From the NCBI GenBank assembly GCA_951406725.2, contig OX597829.1, positions 5,890,001-5,954,000 on the forward strand: DNA of 64,000 nucleotides. The letters run 5' to 3'. Under the pieces are notes generated by a model. The model worked only from the letters and a program-made list of their open reading frames with translations. It was not told where the DNA came from and ran no database searches. Positions 31,434-44,662 of this stretch are shown here, piece by piece. Made by a program: the position numbers and the translations under genes. Positions within the stretch are counted from its first letter, which is position 1; every line of letters starts with the position of its first letter. Source of the DNA: Octopus vulgaris. Taxonomy: Eukaryota.

Positions 31434-33495
31434 TCAACACTACTGTCATTCAATATTACAGCTAATGTAATAAAACATTTTCTCAACATCCTCATTGATT
31501 GTATATAGTTGTATAATACTTTCTCTAAAATATTTTTGGTGTTTTCTCTTAGCTCTAGTTTTATTTTAAGCAAAGTTAAATATAAATTATTATCTAAATT
31601 GAATTTATTGCTATTCTCTATAGAATATTATATAATTTTTCTCATTCTTTACAGTAATTAAAATGAAGACAATGAATAACAACGGGGAAGCTTTTATATA
31701 ATCGCTTAACCTACTCAATGTAGCAATCAAGATTTCTCCAAGGAAATCTCTATAATTTTAAAGATGGAATGTACATGATGTACCAAATTAGTTCTTCTTC
31801 GGTAAACTACCATTATTAAAATGAAGTCCACTTCCTATATCTATATGTTACTATATGTTCTATAAAGTATACAAAATGCTCAAATATTATTTGCGAATCA
31901 AATGATTTGAGTCCGTCTGATATCTTCATGCACCAGATCATAGCATGTTTGTGCTTGATGATATTTTGCATCTGTTCCAAATATCAAAAGCGAATCTCTA
32001 TTCACTATCATTATAAAATCAGTAATTACGCCGAACAATTATCTTATGCACTTCATAAGACAATACTTATTCATTAATAACTCAGGTACATTTATTTTTT
32101 AGTAGTTATCCGGCAAATAAATTGATGTTGCGGATATCGTTATGAGCAAAAAATAGATTTGTCTAATGTAGAAAGCACTTTCTAATATCATATTTAAGTA
32201 CAAAAAATAAATTATAATACGGTTTATCTATCTTTCAAATATGTATTATATTTTAGTGTTATATGAGAAAAAAGTAAACTGTGGTACTCATATCAGTTTT
32301 AATTTCATCATACTGTACAAATATAGAAAAGTGTGCTGATTAAACCAACTGCTCGCCGTATTTTCTCTACACGGTTAATAGAAGTGTAAGATCAACAATA
32401 ATTATATTTCGCTTGAACACAAAGCCGTGCATTTATGGAATAGACGTGTATTTGATTGAATAAGTTTCAGGGCGTGACGGGTACTTATTTTAGCGCTCGC
32501 AGATGAATTAGACGAAAGTCAGCTTAATAAGATAGGCAAGACTGAATACCTTTTTTTATTTGTATTAAGATATCAATGACCAAGTCTACTGTGGCATTGA
32601 ATAGGATGTTATTGAAGTGACAGTAAATTGTCAGCGTATTTAGTACTTAAAAGTAACTTCATGTCAGTTTTTAAAGGTTAAACTAGAGTTCTGCCTCACC
32701 AGGACCGACACAAATACAGTTAGTGTGAATGTCCGTTTGATTATTTCTAAATGCACTGTCTTTATTTCCTTAAAAATTAGCATGGCTGCTATAATGGGAG
32801 CCTCCATTCTAGTTTCATATTTGTCGATTAAAACTAATAATTATCTTGCAACTGTAAGGATAATATCGGTTAATTATAATTGACGAATCATATATTACAT
32901 GTTGTAGATTTGTTTGGGTGTGTGTCTGTCTGTCTGTTTATTGTCTGTGTACTATGCCACAAATTAATACGCACTTTATTAGGACAATATTGAGCATCCC
33001 GAGTCTTTGAGCAAGCAAATAGACTATACTGAGATATATTTGTAAATAATATAATATATATTTCTCCTCTGATTACATCCAATACAATGCAGATTGAGTT
33101 CCATGCAGTTTCAAATTTTCGTTCGTATTTCTTCGCTATGGATGAATTTCAGGGATATACAGCACTCTGATAAAGTAGATTCATCCGACACTTAAGCAAG
33201 TTTGGTGTTCTGTTTCCAGCACACCCATACATGTGTAAGAAACAACTAAGAAGATAATCATGACAGCTGAGACCAGTTCGAGTTGGTTGATTAAAGACCA
33301 AAGATGGAAAAGTTCTCTCGGTGAAAGATATTACAAGGAGCGAATACTTGTAATCATGAGATACCTACTAAAGATACGGAAGTGTTTCTGGTATTGTAAT
33401 GACATTATTCACCACCAATAGTAGAGTATGAAATAGATTTAAATAACATTTGCAGTTTGTGTGGAGTAAAGTATATCTGATGATTATTCCACCTG

Positions 33496-33595
<100 letters not shown>

Positions 33596-33972
33596 GATTG
33601 ATTGATCTATTGATCTATCTATATGATGAAAGGTGCATGTTAATCTACTACGCATACACACGCACGCACACAAACGCGCGCGCGCACACCCACCCACCCA
33701 CACACACACCTGTACAATCAAAAGGTGAGGACTAGAAATGCTCTATAAGAAGCAGGTTGTAGTGCTCGATTGACTTGAACTTTAACTCGGAAGTATTTTG
33801 TCGAGGACTAAGTCTGTAGGGTAAAGAGTAGCTACAAAATAAATTCGGCTGAGCTGAAGATAGTGATGCTGATGAACGCAATTAAATGTAAATGTATATA
33901 AATATATGCTTTTACACATAAAAACACAAAGAGAGAGAGAGAGGCATAAAGATACTTGTAACTAAATATATA

Positions 33973-34295
33973 GGCGCGGGAGTGGCGGGATGGTAAGTAT
34001 ATTCCTTACCAATCACAAGGTTCTAGGTTCACTCCCTCTGCATGACACCTTCGGCAAGTGTCTTCTGCTATAACTTCGGGCCGACCAAAGCCTTGTGAAT
34101 GGATTTTGGTAGACGGAAGCTGAAAAGAAGCCCTTCGTATAAATATATATACATATATGTATATATATGTGTGTATGATTCTGTGTCAGTGTTTGTCCCC
34201 TCCCCACTATCACTTCACAACCGATGCTGGTGTGTTTACGTCCTCGCAACTTAGCGGTTCGGCAAAAGAGACCGATAGAATAAGTATTAGGCTTA
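33973..34295 (+). mobile_element. SINE family A copy
   Basis: Homologous to 34903-35312; retains the CORE-like CCTTCGGCAAGTGTCTT segment. Confidence 0.88.
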
Positions 34296-34421
34296 TAAAT
34301 ATATATATATATATATATATTATAAAATGAGATAGGGGTTGACAATTCAACCCACCATGGGATAACATATATCCAATATACTGCTTGATAGGTACCCATG
34401 TTTCTCCATTTTCTAATTTTG

Positions 34422-34470
<49 letters not shown>

Positions 34471-34474
<4 letters not shown>

Positions 34475-34848
34475 ACAAGATAAGGGCAGAAGAAAAATTC
34501 TAATGCCAGATACGCTGAAACAAAAAATTTGTCGATAACCATTAAATTTATGCGTCTCGGGTCTTAGTGCTTGCTTCTTCCGTGGGTATAAATAAGTATT
34601 TCATTTATATCTCGCGTATGTGCCGCTGAAGAGGGAAAATTTCTTGTGAATTAACCCCGAAATTGGACCAATACGGTAATAACGAATTTTTGAGAGATTT
34701 CTATCGGTTTGTTTCGAGACGCATAAATTTAATGGTTATCGACAAATTTTTTGTTTCGGTGTATCTGGCATTAGAATTTTTCTTCTGCCCTTATCTTTAA
34801 AGGCATTTTTTGATATGCTGGCCGTTGATAAAAAATTTATCCTATATC

Positions 34849-34853
<5 letters not shown>
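34471..34853 (+). mobile_element. Penelope-like element terminal fragment with inverted 5' copy, inserted in (TA)n
   Basis: 83-bp inverted arms (34477-34559 / 34715-34797, 2 mismatches) enclose the hammerhead motif; (TA)n on both sides. No RT or GIY-YIG coding sequence seen, so the family assignment is inferred. Confidence 0.6.
34621..34678 (+). ncRNA. Minimal type I hammerhead ribozyme motif (Penelope-like element type)
   Basis: Stem I TGCCG/CGGTA; core CTGAAGA (34626-34632); stem II GGG...CCC with internal AATT/AATT; GAAA (34659-34662); near-palindromic stem III TTGGACCAA; predicted AUA cleavage triplet ending at 34673. Confidence 0.8.
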
Positions 34854-34902
<49 letters not shown>

Positions 34903-34905
<3 letters not shown>

Positions 34906-35049
34906 CGTAGGAGTGGCTGTGTGGTGAGTAGCTTGCTTACGAACCACATGGTTCCCGGTTCAGTCCCACTTTAGCCTCGGGCCGACCAAAGCCTTGTGAA
35001 TGGATTTTGGTAGACGGAAACTGAAAGAAGCCCGTCGTATATATGTATG

Positions 35050-35081
<32 letters not shown>

Positions 35082-35312
35082 GTGTGTGTGTGAGTGTATA
35101 GGTGTATACGTTTGTGTGTCTGTAATTGTCCCCAACATCGCTTGATAACCGATGCTGGTGTGTTTACGTCCCCGTAACTTAGCGGTTCGGCAAAAGAGCC
35201 CGATAGAATAAGTACTTGGCTTACAAAGAATAAGTCCTGGGGTCGATTTGCTCGACTAAAGGCGGTGCTACAGTATGGCCTCAGTCATATGACTGAAACA
35301 AGTAAAAGAGTA
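34903..35312 (+). mobile_element. SINE family A (tRNA-like head, internal microsatellite, GTAAAAGA tail)
   Basis: GGCGTAGGAGTGGCTGTGTGG...GGTTCAGTCCC head, GTAGACGGAAACTGAAAGAAGCCCGTCG, (TA)/(TG) spacer, then ACCGATGCTGGTGTGTTTACGTCCCCG...GACTGAAACAAGTAAAAGAG; many copies in the window. Confidence 0.9.
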
Positions 35313-35327
35313 AACATATATATATAT

Positions 35328-35535
35328 TTGGCCTAGTGGTTAGGGCAGCGGACTTGCGGTCGGAGGATCGCGGTTTCGATTCCCAGACCGGGCGTTGTGT
35401 GTGTTTATTGAGCGAAAAAAACACCTAAAAGCTCCACGAGGCTCCGGCAGGAGGTGGTGATCCCTGCTGTACTCTTTCACCACTCTAAAGGCGGTGCTCC
35501 AGCATGGCCGCAGTCAAATGACTGAAACAAGTACA
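35328..35535 (+). mobile_element. SINE family C head fused to a family A tail
   Basis: A box TGGCCTAGTGG, B box GGTTTCGATTCC, family C body to about 35486, then TAAAGGCGGTGCTCCAGCATGGCCGCAGTCAAATGACTGAAACAAGTA. Confidence 0.82.
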
Positions 35536-35538
35536 AAA

Positions 35539-35576
<38 letters not shown>

Positions 35577-35969
35577 CGCGTACATGCTATTTACCGCCGT
35601 CTGTTGAATGAAACAAATGAATGCATAAATATATATTCGTCCGTTTTTCTCGCTAATTATATTTATCTTCATATACGGATCTAATTATTTGGTGTGTCCA
35701 CATATTTACACGTTTTGCATATCAATATACATAAATATATATATGGGGTTACATGCATACATATCCGCACACTTACATGTGTGTAACTGTGCGCGTGCGA
35801 ATGTATATTCTACTGAGATTCACAATGTCGCATGCGCTGGCACATAAGAGACACACATGCATTGCCGGAAACTGTTTATTGGCAAACATTGCAAGCTTTG
35901 AATCGTTTCTTAAGAATTTAATTGTTTCTCATGTCCTCCGTGTGTGTGTGTGTGAGTGTGTGTGTGTGT

Positions 35970-36014
<45 letters not shown>

Positions 36015-38342
36015 TGAGTTTAACGACATGCTTGTAGCTGAGTGTGGGGAAGTAATATGCAAATATCATGACTATGATGATGATACTGAATATGATTAGG
36101 ATTATTCTAGCGATAAGTGATTTTTTAAATTTTATTTTCTTCTGTCTTCGTTCCTAGTGTGTTTGTTGTTTTCGTTGTACTTGGCTTGCGTTGGTGGGTA
36201 ATGAATAATAAATGGTACGTTGGATAAACAAAGTGTTGCATATAGTGAGTAAGAGTAGGAATCAGGTAATCAATGAGATGGGTGTGTTGGTGGTAGTTGA
36301 ATGAGGGTAGGTATACAACGATGTGTGTATGAATGTGTTGGGGAGGTGGGTGACTAAAAGTCGGTGGCAGAAGTAAAGCATGGTGTTAGGGGAAAGAAGA
36401 AAAAGCGAGAGGAGTGTAGTAGAATAAGAATTTGGAGTGGCAGTAGATTGGAGTGGGCTGTGGTGGGATGGAGGTGGAGTGGATTTTCGTTGTGGGTTAG
36501 GGAGTAGGTAGGTGGGTTTTCGTTGTCGGTGGGTAAGACGGGGATAAAGTGTGGGTAGGGTGGTATGCAGTTGTGTTTGAACAGAAATCCGCTGTTTTCT
36601 GTGGAGAAAAATTGCGTCTGAGTTCCCTTTATGCTTGTGTGTTTCTGCGTGCGTGCGTGAGCGCATGTAAATGGGTGGGGTGATGGATGAGCCGAGCAAG
36701 ACAGACATGAAGACGTGGAAAAGAAACAGGGCAAGGAAGGATTAGAAAATGGGGATGGTACGGGGTGTTAGAAAAATAAAGGAGACGGGTTTGTATGGTG
36801 TAAGGGTTGAATAAATTGTGTTGTTAAGATGCTTGCGGTAGTGGTTATGATGGTGGGTGGAGACGGTGGTAGCATCCTTTGAATGGTTGCGGTGATTGGT
36901 GTTTGATGTCTGGACGAAAAGCTTCACTCAATTGAAGACGAGAGAGAAGAAGAATGTGACCCTGAAGGAAGTGGGAATTGGTTAGAATAGAATTGGGTGG
37001 GAACAGGAGTGAGTGCGGTGAATGTTGGGAGATATTGACGAGAAAAAATGAGTGGAGTGAGAGCGTGTGTGAGAAAGTAAAATAGAGAGAAAGGGAGAGA
37101 GAAAATGAAAGTAATGTGTGTGAATGAGATAATAAGAGAAGAGAATTGAGGGCAATGTGAAACGTATGAATGGAAGATTTGAGATAAAAATGATAGAGTG
37201 ACGGCGGAAAGAGTGCGGTTGGAAGTAAGGGTGTAGGAAATGAGTAGGGCGTGGAAGGTCGATAGATTGGTCGTTTTCTGCCGTAGAATGAAAGAAAGAA
37301 AAATAAATAATTAGCAAAGAACAGGGTGTGAGTATGGCGTATGTATATGATTGTTTATGTGCGCGCGGGCAGGGTGGGAGAGAGAGAGATGAGAATTGGG
37401 TGGAAAAGATGGAAGGAAAAATGGATACAGTAGAGGAATAAGGAAAATGCTATTCATTTTGGGAAATAATTAAAGTTTTCTTTTGTGTGTGTGCGTGGGA
37501 GAGAAAAAGAAAGAGAGAGAGGGAGAGAGAATGTGAGGCAGATAGACATTTAGAAAAATAAGGGTTGGTCGCGGGGTAAATTGAGAAGCAATGAATTTAT
37601 TAGATATTAAGACGTAATGATGATGATGACGATGACGATGATGGCGAAAATGATGATGATGATGATAATGATGCTGGTGATGGTGGTGGTGGTGGTGGCG
37701 GTGATGCATGACGATAATGGTGATGAGAATTGTAAAAGAAGGCTTTAATGGAAATAAAATGGCATTGTGTGTATGCGTGTGTGAGTAACAGAAAGCGATA
37801 ATGATCAAGTATTTCTGAGCACGCACGCAAATGTCTTCCTGTGTACGTGCGTGTTAAGGAGTGAATGTGTGAGTATGTCTGTGCATGCATATACATATGC
37901 ATCTGTACGTTAATGAGTGAGTCTGTCTATGTGCTTGTGTGCGTTTATGGATGTATATTAATGAAGAAATTAATGGACTTATATCCGTGTATGTAAATGC
38001 GTATGCGAGTTAATAAGTGGAAGAGTTCGTGTGTGTCTTGCTATAAGAATGTGTGCGTCAGCACGAGATAGACGATCAAGGGGAGGGGTGCAGAAAAAGG
38101 AGAGAGAAAGAGAGTAAGACCGAAGAAGTTGAAAAGTTTAAATGGGATTTTAATTAGTAATAAAGAAAAACAATATAATGAAAGGATTTTCTTAATTAGG
38201 CATAAATTGCAAATGAAGTTGCATCATATAAACATAAACGCGTAGCAATGTGGAGTCACAGTAGGTTATTTTCTACACCTGAGAGTCTTCTGCTACTGAT
38301 GCTGCAACAACAGCTCCACCTCCTCCTACTGCTGCTGCTGCT

Positions 38343-38373
<31 letters not shown>

Positions 38374-38399
38374 TAGTAGTAGTAGTGGTAGTAGTAGTG

Positions 38400-38491
<92 letters not shown>

Positions 38492-38519
38492 GCTTGTGGC
38501 AGTGGTAGTAGTAGTAGTG

Positions 38520-38559
<40 letters not shown>

Positions 38560-38615
38560 TAGTAGTAGTAGTCAGTAGTAGTAGTAGTAGTGGTAGTAGT
38601 AGTAGTAGTAGTAGT
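38343..38615. repeat. (GTA)n/(GTG)n microsatellite
   Basis: Direct reading. Confidence 0.95.
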
Positions 38616-38826
38616 AACCCTTTCTACTATAACCACAAGGCCTGAAATTTGGGGGAGGAGACAAGTCGATTACCTCGACCTCAGTACTCTACTGGTACTT
38701 AATTTATCGACCCCGAAAGGATGAAAGGCAAAGTCGACCTCAGCGGAATTTGAACTCAGAATGTAGAGACAGACGAAATACCGCATTTCGACTGGAGTGC
38801 TAATGATTCTACCAGTTCATCGCCTT
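38616..38826 (-). mobile_element. SINE family B copy
   Basis: Reverse complement of family B, between (GTA)n and (AAT)n tracts. Confidence 0.88.
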
Positions 38827-38833
38827 AATAATA

Positions 38834-38868
<35 letters not shown>

Positions 38869-38883
38869 AATAGTAACAATAAC

Positions 38884-39020
<137 letters not shown>

Positions 39021-39029
39021 TAATAACAA

Positions 39030-39635
39030 TGCAGCAAGGGCTTACACAATCAATCCCATGCAGCCCACAATAGAAGGTGCTGGAAAGCATAGGTGGGATT
39101 GGCTGAAGAAAGAAACACTAAAAAGAGAGACCGAAAGCACTATAGTGTCATCGCAAGACCGAGCATTGGCCAGGGATTGGAGGGTCAGCCTTAAGAATGA
39201 GCGCGTGTCTCCACTGTATCGCATCTGTAATAGAGTGGATGAAACCAGCGACCATATCACGAACGAATGCCCTTGACTTGCCCCAAACCACCAAAAGTCT
39301 TGGCGACACGATGACGTAGCGAAAGTGCTACATCGGAAACTGGGCGAAAAGTGGGGACTATAGAGCGGCAAGAGGTGGTATGAGCGCAAACTGCGGAAGG
39401 TTGTGGTGTCGGAGACTTGCTAAATCCTCTGGGATTTTCCATTCCAAACAGATCAGGCGCTAGAGACCGGACCTAGTGGTGGTCGAGAAGGTTTACCACA
39501 TGTGCTAAATAGATAATGTTGTGTGCCCCTTTGACCCACGAATACTCAAGAAGGAAGGCAAAAAACCTAGATAAATACAACCGCCTTAAATACGAAAGAA
39601 CCCGGCTATGGAAAAAGAATAAAAAAGGGACGATA
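39030..39635 (+). mobile_element. Decayed R4/Dong-like LINE fragment
   Basis: WDWLKKETLKRETESTIVSSQDRAL...RICNRVDETSDHITNECP, then RHDDVA and ILWDFPFQTD; follows (AAT)n. Confidence 0.8.
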
Positions 39636-39650
39636 GAAGAAGAAGAAGAA

Positions 39651-39681
<31 letters not shown>

Positions 39682-39711
39682 AAGAAGAAGAAGAAGAAGA
39701 AGAAGAAGAAA

Positions 39712-41155
39712 ACATCACACAAGATAAAGCAAATTACGTAGCAGAATTAGACCAAAACCAGACATACAATTACTTAAAAATCAATGATCTAGATACGATA
39801 CAAAACACACAAATGAAAGAGAAGGTAAGAAAAGACTACTATAGATGAGTTAGATTATTGCTGAAAACAGAGCTGAATGCGATAAACAAGGTAATAGGTA
39901 TCAGCACTTTAGCCGTCCCAGTTATAAGTTATAGCTTCAATATTCTTAAATGGACTCTAAATGAACTAATCAAAATAGAGGGGAAAGCAAGAAAAATAAT
40001 GACGGTCTAGGATGCACCACACAAAATCTAACATAGAAAGGCTATATATACAACGTATAGAAGGTGGTAGAGGCCTTATACAGCTAGAAAACTATAACAA
40101 AATAACCACCATAGGGCTACTGAAATACCTAATTCAGAAGCAAGAAAACTAATACAAATGGCCACAAAAGAACGAAAAAAAACAAAAAAAATAAACTGCT
40201 TTCTGTCTTTACGGAAGCTGACAAATTCAAAAAAGAAGTCATAGTACTTAACAACTACGAAGAAAAAGAAGAAACAACAAAAGCTTTACAACTGAAATCC
40301 AAAGCAAAAGTGGAACAGCAACGTAACATGATAGAACGATAGCAAGAAAAATCCCTTTATGGCAAATATTGGGCTAAGCTAAATCGAAAAGAAATAGACA
40401 AAGCTCAGGAATCAATGCAGAGACTGAAGGATATTTAATTGCAGCACAAAACCAAAGCCTCCCCACCAGAAATTACGAAAAACACAATGAAAAGAAATAC
40501 AGGTAACTACAGAATATGTGGTGATGGAGAAGAGACAATGAATGATATTGTTTCTGGCTGCCCAGTCCTGGCCAAGAAGGAATATATTCAGAGACACGAC
40601 AGAGTTTGGACCTAGATATACGGGAAGTTCTGCCAACACTATGGAGTAACAACAAAAATGGTATAGGCATTCGCAAGAAAACGTCACGGAAAATGAGAAG
40701 GCAGCCATACTGTGGGATATGCCAAGACACACAGGTCAAGGCTAATACGCCAGATATAGTTGCCAGAGATCATCAAGAAAAAGATGCTTTGTAATCGATG
40801 CATCAATATCACCAGGTGACAATGTTTCTCTAAAAGAAACTTTCAAAATACAATGATTTGGAAATAGAGGGAACTTGAGTGTGGAACCTAACAAAGGAAA
40901 CAATTCCTATCATAGTAGGTACATTAGGTATGATAAAAAATATATTCAGACAAATACAGTGCAAAAACCCCTGGACTTACAAGTATATATAACATACAGA
41001 AAATAGCACCTCTAGGCACCGCACACATCCAATGTAAAACACTTTCAATACAGTAAAAGTAAGAGCATCACAACAAATCGCAGCACATACCCAAAGCACA
41101 CAGAGCCTCATTCGGTAGTGGAGCGAAAGCACGTGATAAAAATAAGACTACTGGA
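39712..41155 (+). mobile_element. Decayed R4/Dong-like LINE (RT C-terminus to 3' end)
   Basis: Fragments LLKTELNAINK, AVPVISYSF, IERLYIQRIEGGRGLIQLE, ETEGYLIAAQNQSL, IVSGCPVLAKKEYIQRHD, KANTPDIV; ends in (GAT)n(AAT)n. Confidence 0.85.
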
Positions 41156-41187
41156 TGATGATGATGATGATGATAATAATAATAATA

Positions 41188-41224
<37 letters not shown>

Positions 41225-41410
41225 TGATAATAATAATAATAATAATAATATAATAATATAATAATAATAATAATAATAATAAGTTCAAATTTTAGCATAA
41301 TGCCAGCAATTACACAGAAGCTGTTTAGTCGGTTACATAGGATGGAATTCAATTGTTGTTGTTGTTGTTATTATTATTATTATTATTATTATTTTAAAAA
41401 AATTATTATT

Positions 41411-41610
41411 AAGACGTCGAGCTGGCAGAAATGCTGAGGGAATGCCTCGCGGTATTTCGGCTGCAGCTACGTTTTGAGACCAAATTTCAGGGGGTCGACT
41501 TTGCCTTTCATTCTTTCGGGGTCGATTAAATAGATACCAGTTATGCATGAGGGTGGGGGTCGATGTAATCGATCTAATCCCTTCCCCCTTGTGCTTCCAG
41601 TAGAAAGAAT
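41411..41610 (+). mobile_element. SINE family B copy
   Basis: Family B motifs, flanked by (TTA)n. Confidence 0.85.
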
Positions 41611-41639
41611 TATCATCATTATCGTTATTATTATTGTTA

Positions 41640-42018
41640 TTAAAACTTAGATATGTTTCGACCAGAGATTGGTCCAGGCCATGTCTAACTTAATAGCACC
41701 ACCTGATAGGATTATTCGAATCCTGTTTAAGTCAAGTTTTGTTCAAGTAGTGAGTTCTTGTTGGGTGAGTTGTATCCAGTTTTGTTCAAGTAGTGAGTTC
41801 TTGTTGGGTGAGTTGTATCCAATTATGGGTGGCTTGTCTGGTATTCTTTGAAGGAATCTATCCAGACTCTGTTTGAAGTTGATGGGATCCTTTTCCTCTT
41901 TGATCTCCCTCGGGACAATGTTAAATAGGGCAGGGCCTGTTGAGGAAAAGAAATTATGTTGCAGTGTACATGTATGTTGTGATCTTGAATTTGGCAGGGG
42001 ACGTATAGCCCGTGGTCC

Positions 42019-42022
<4 letters not shown>
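41640..42022 (-). mobile_element. CR1/L2-group LINE 3' end
   Basis: Minus strand TGPALFNIVPREIKEEKDPINFKQSLDRFLQRIPDKPPIIGYNSPNKNSLLE, typical of CR1-like ORF2 termini; 43-bp tandem duplication at 41735-41820. Confidence 0.7.
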
Positions 42023-42818
<796 letters not shown>

Positions 42819-42847
42819 TTAATTATTATTATTATTATTATTTTATT

Positions 42848-43660
42848 ATGTTTTTCTTCCTTCAATTTTGTTTCCATTTCTTACCGAGTGTCTTCCCGAT
42901 ACCTAGGGCAAAGAAACTCACTGTAGGTAGGCCATTAAAATAAACGCACCAGATTGTTCATTTACAAAATCATGTGATAGAAGAAAAATGTGAAGAAGGT
43001 GAAAAAAGAAAGAAGGAAAGAAAGAAAAATGAGGAAAAGAAAACAAAGAAAATAAAGGGGAAAAGAAAGAAAATTCCCCTCGACACTGCTCTTCTCAATA
43101 TGTGTGATGTACTAGTTAAGACAATCTTTTGCACTTCTTGCATGGATGGTAAACCAGGGATCATCCTAAAATAAAATTTAGTTCCTATTTTGATCATTTC
43201 AAGTTCTCCTACAATCACTGGTATTGTAACCGTATTGAGATATCACATTGTTTTCGATTTCAATAAGCAATTCTTTATATTTTCTGAGCTGATCAAATAG
43301 TTTTGCCGAGATATTATGATCACAAGGTATGCTCATGCTAATCAATAAACAGATTTTATTATTTTTGTCTTTCATAACAGTATCTGGTTTATTAGCTTTG
43401 ATAGTTGAGTCTGTATGTACTGGAAAGTCTCAAAGAATCGTCCCATTTTCTCCCTCAGTTACAACCTCAATGTGGTCTTTGTACCACTTGTCAGCAGTTT
43501 TGATTTTATAATGCCGATATATTATCCAGTGTAGATACTGGCCAACTCTGTCATGTCTACTGGTGCTAAAACCTTACAGCCAGAGATTAGGTGGTCCACT
43601 GTTTCAATCTCATCGTTTCAGTATCATTGGCTTAGTAGTTCCGAGTCAATAAGCTCTTAT
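42848..43660 (-). mobile_element. Decayed R4/Dong-like LINE 3' end
   Basis: Minus-strand IPGLPSMQEVQKIVLTSTSHILRRA and IKANKPDTV; 3' end abuts (TTA)n. Confidence 0.8.
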
Positions 43661-43730
43661 TTGATGGAGACATAGTCGATGCTATCACAAGTAGTTGGCT
43701 GGCATATTATTATTATTATTGTTGTTGTTG

Positions 43731-43821
<91 letters not shown>

Positions 43822-43835
43822 TATTATTATTATAT

Positions 43836-44515
43836 AACTGCTCAATATTTGGTAGACTATTCTGCTGTTAGGAGTGTGCAAACTCTTCCCGGTACTCTTT
43901 GTGTTAGTTTGCCTTTTTTTCCTTGAAGTGTGGTGCCATTTTTTGTTGTGTTACTGCTTGTATTTTTGGTTTTTAGGCCTGCAGGTGGGAGTTTATTTCA
44001 CTGGGTAAATGCTCTATAGATTGTGATTTTTATTTGTGGGTTGTTTTGTTTAGGTTGAATTATGGGATTGATTGTGTCTTGCGCAGAATGTGGGCTGTTC
44101 CTGGCAGGACTAGTTTTTTTGGACAGTGTGTAGTGTTGAGGATCCAGGTATAGCTTCTACATCTTTGTTCATATGATTTTTTTATCATACCCAATGCTCC
44201 ATTTATTATTAGTATTGTTTTTACCTTCAAGCTCCACATTTTGAATACTTCAGTTTCGAGGTATTTGTACTTTGACAATTTCTCCACTACTTTTTGGACA
44301 ATATTTTGACCAGAAGGGACTGCAATGTCTATCAGTAAGCATATGTTTTATCTTCAATCCTTGACTATTATGCCTGAGCGATTAGCTTTTATTTCTTCGT
44401 CGGTTTGAACCCGTATATCCCAGATGATGATGGCTTGATCGTTGTCTTGTACATTGCTTGGCCCGTGCTTATACCGCCTGCAGTCAGTTTTGCTGTTATA
44501 ATGTTGGCATATTAT
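43836..44515 (-). mobile_element. Decayed R4/Dong-like LINE 3' end
   Basis: IIWDIRVQTDEEIKANRSGIIVKD, EKLSKYKYLETEVFKMWSLKVKTILIINGALGMIKK, LPGTAHILRK; 3' end abuts (TTA)n. Confidence 0.8.
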
Positions 44516-44577
44516 AACATCAATATACATATGCACACACACACACATATATATATATATATGTATATATATGTGTG

Positions 44578-44662
<85 letters not shown>

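Noticed and set aside
30834-31573. ORFs of about 200 aa
   Set aside because: They lie almost entirely within the tetranucleotide array.
35328-35395. tRNA-like sequence with A and B boxes
   Set aside because: It continues into a body shared with 5258-5562 and lacks a proper acceptor stem, so it is a SINE head, not a tRNA gene.
36262-36734. Pro/Thr/His-rich minus-strand ORFs of 126-148 aa
   Set aside because: A by-product of the strong C-richness of the minus strand; no supported splice structure or homology.
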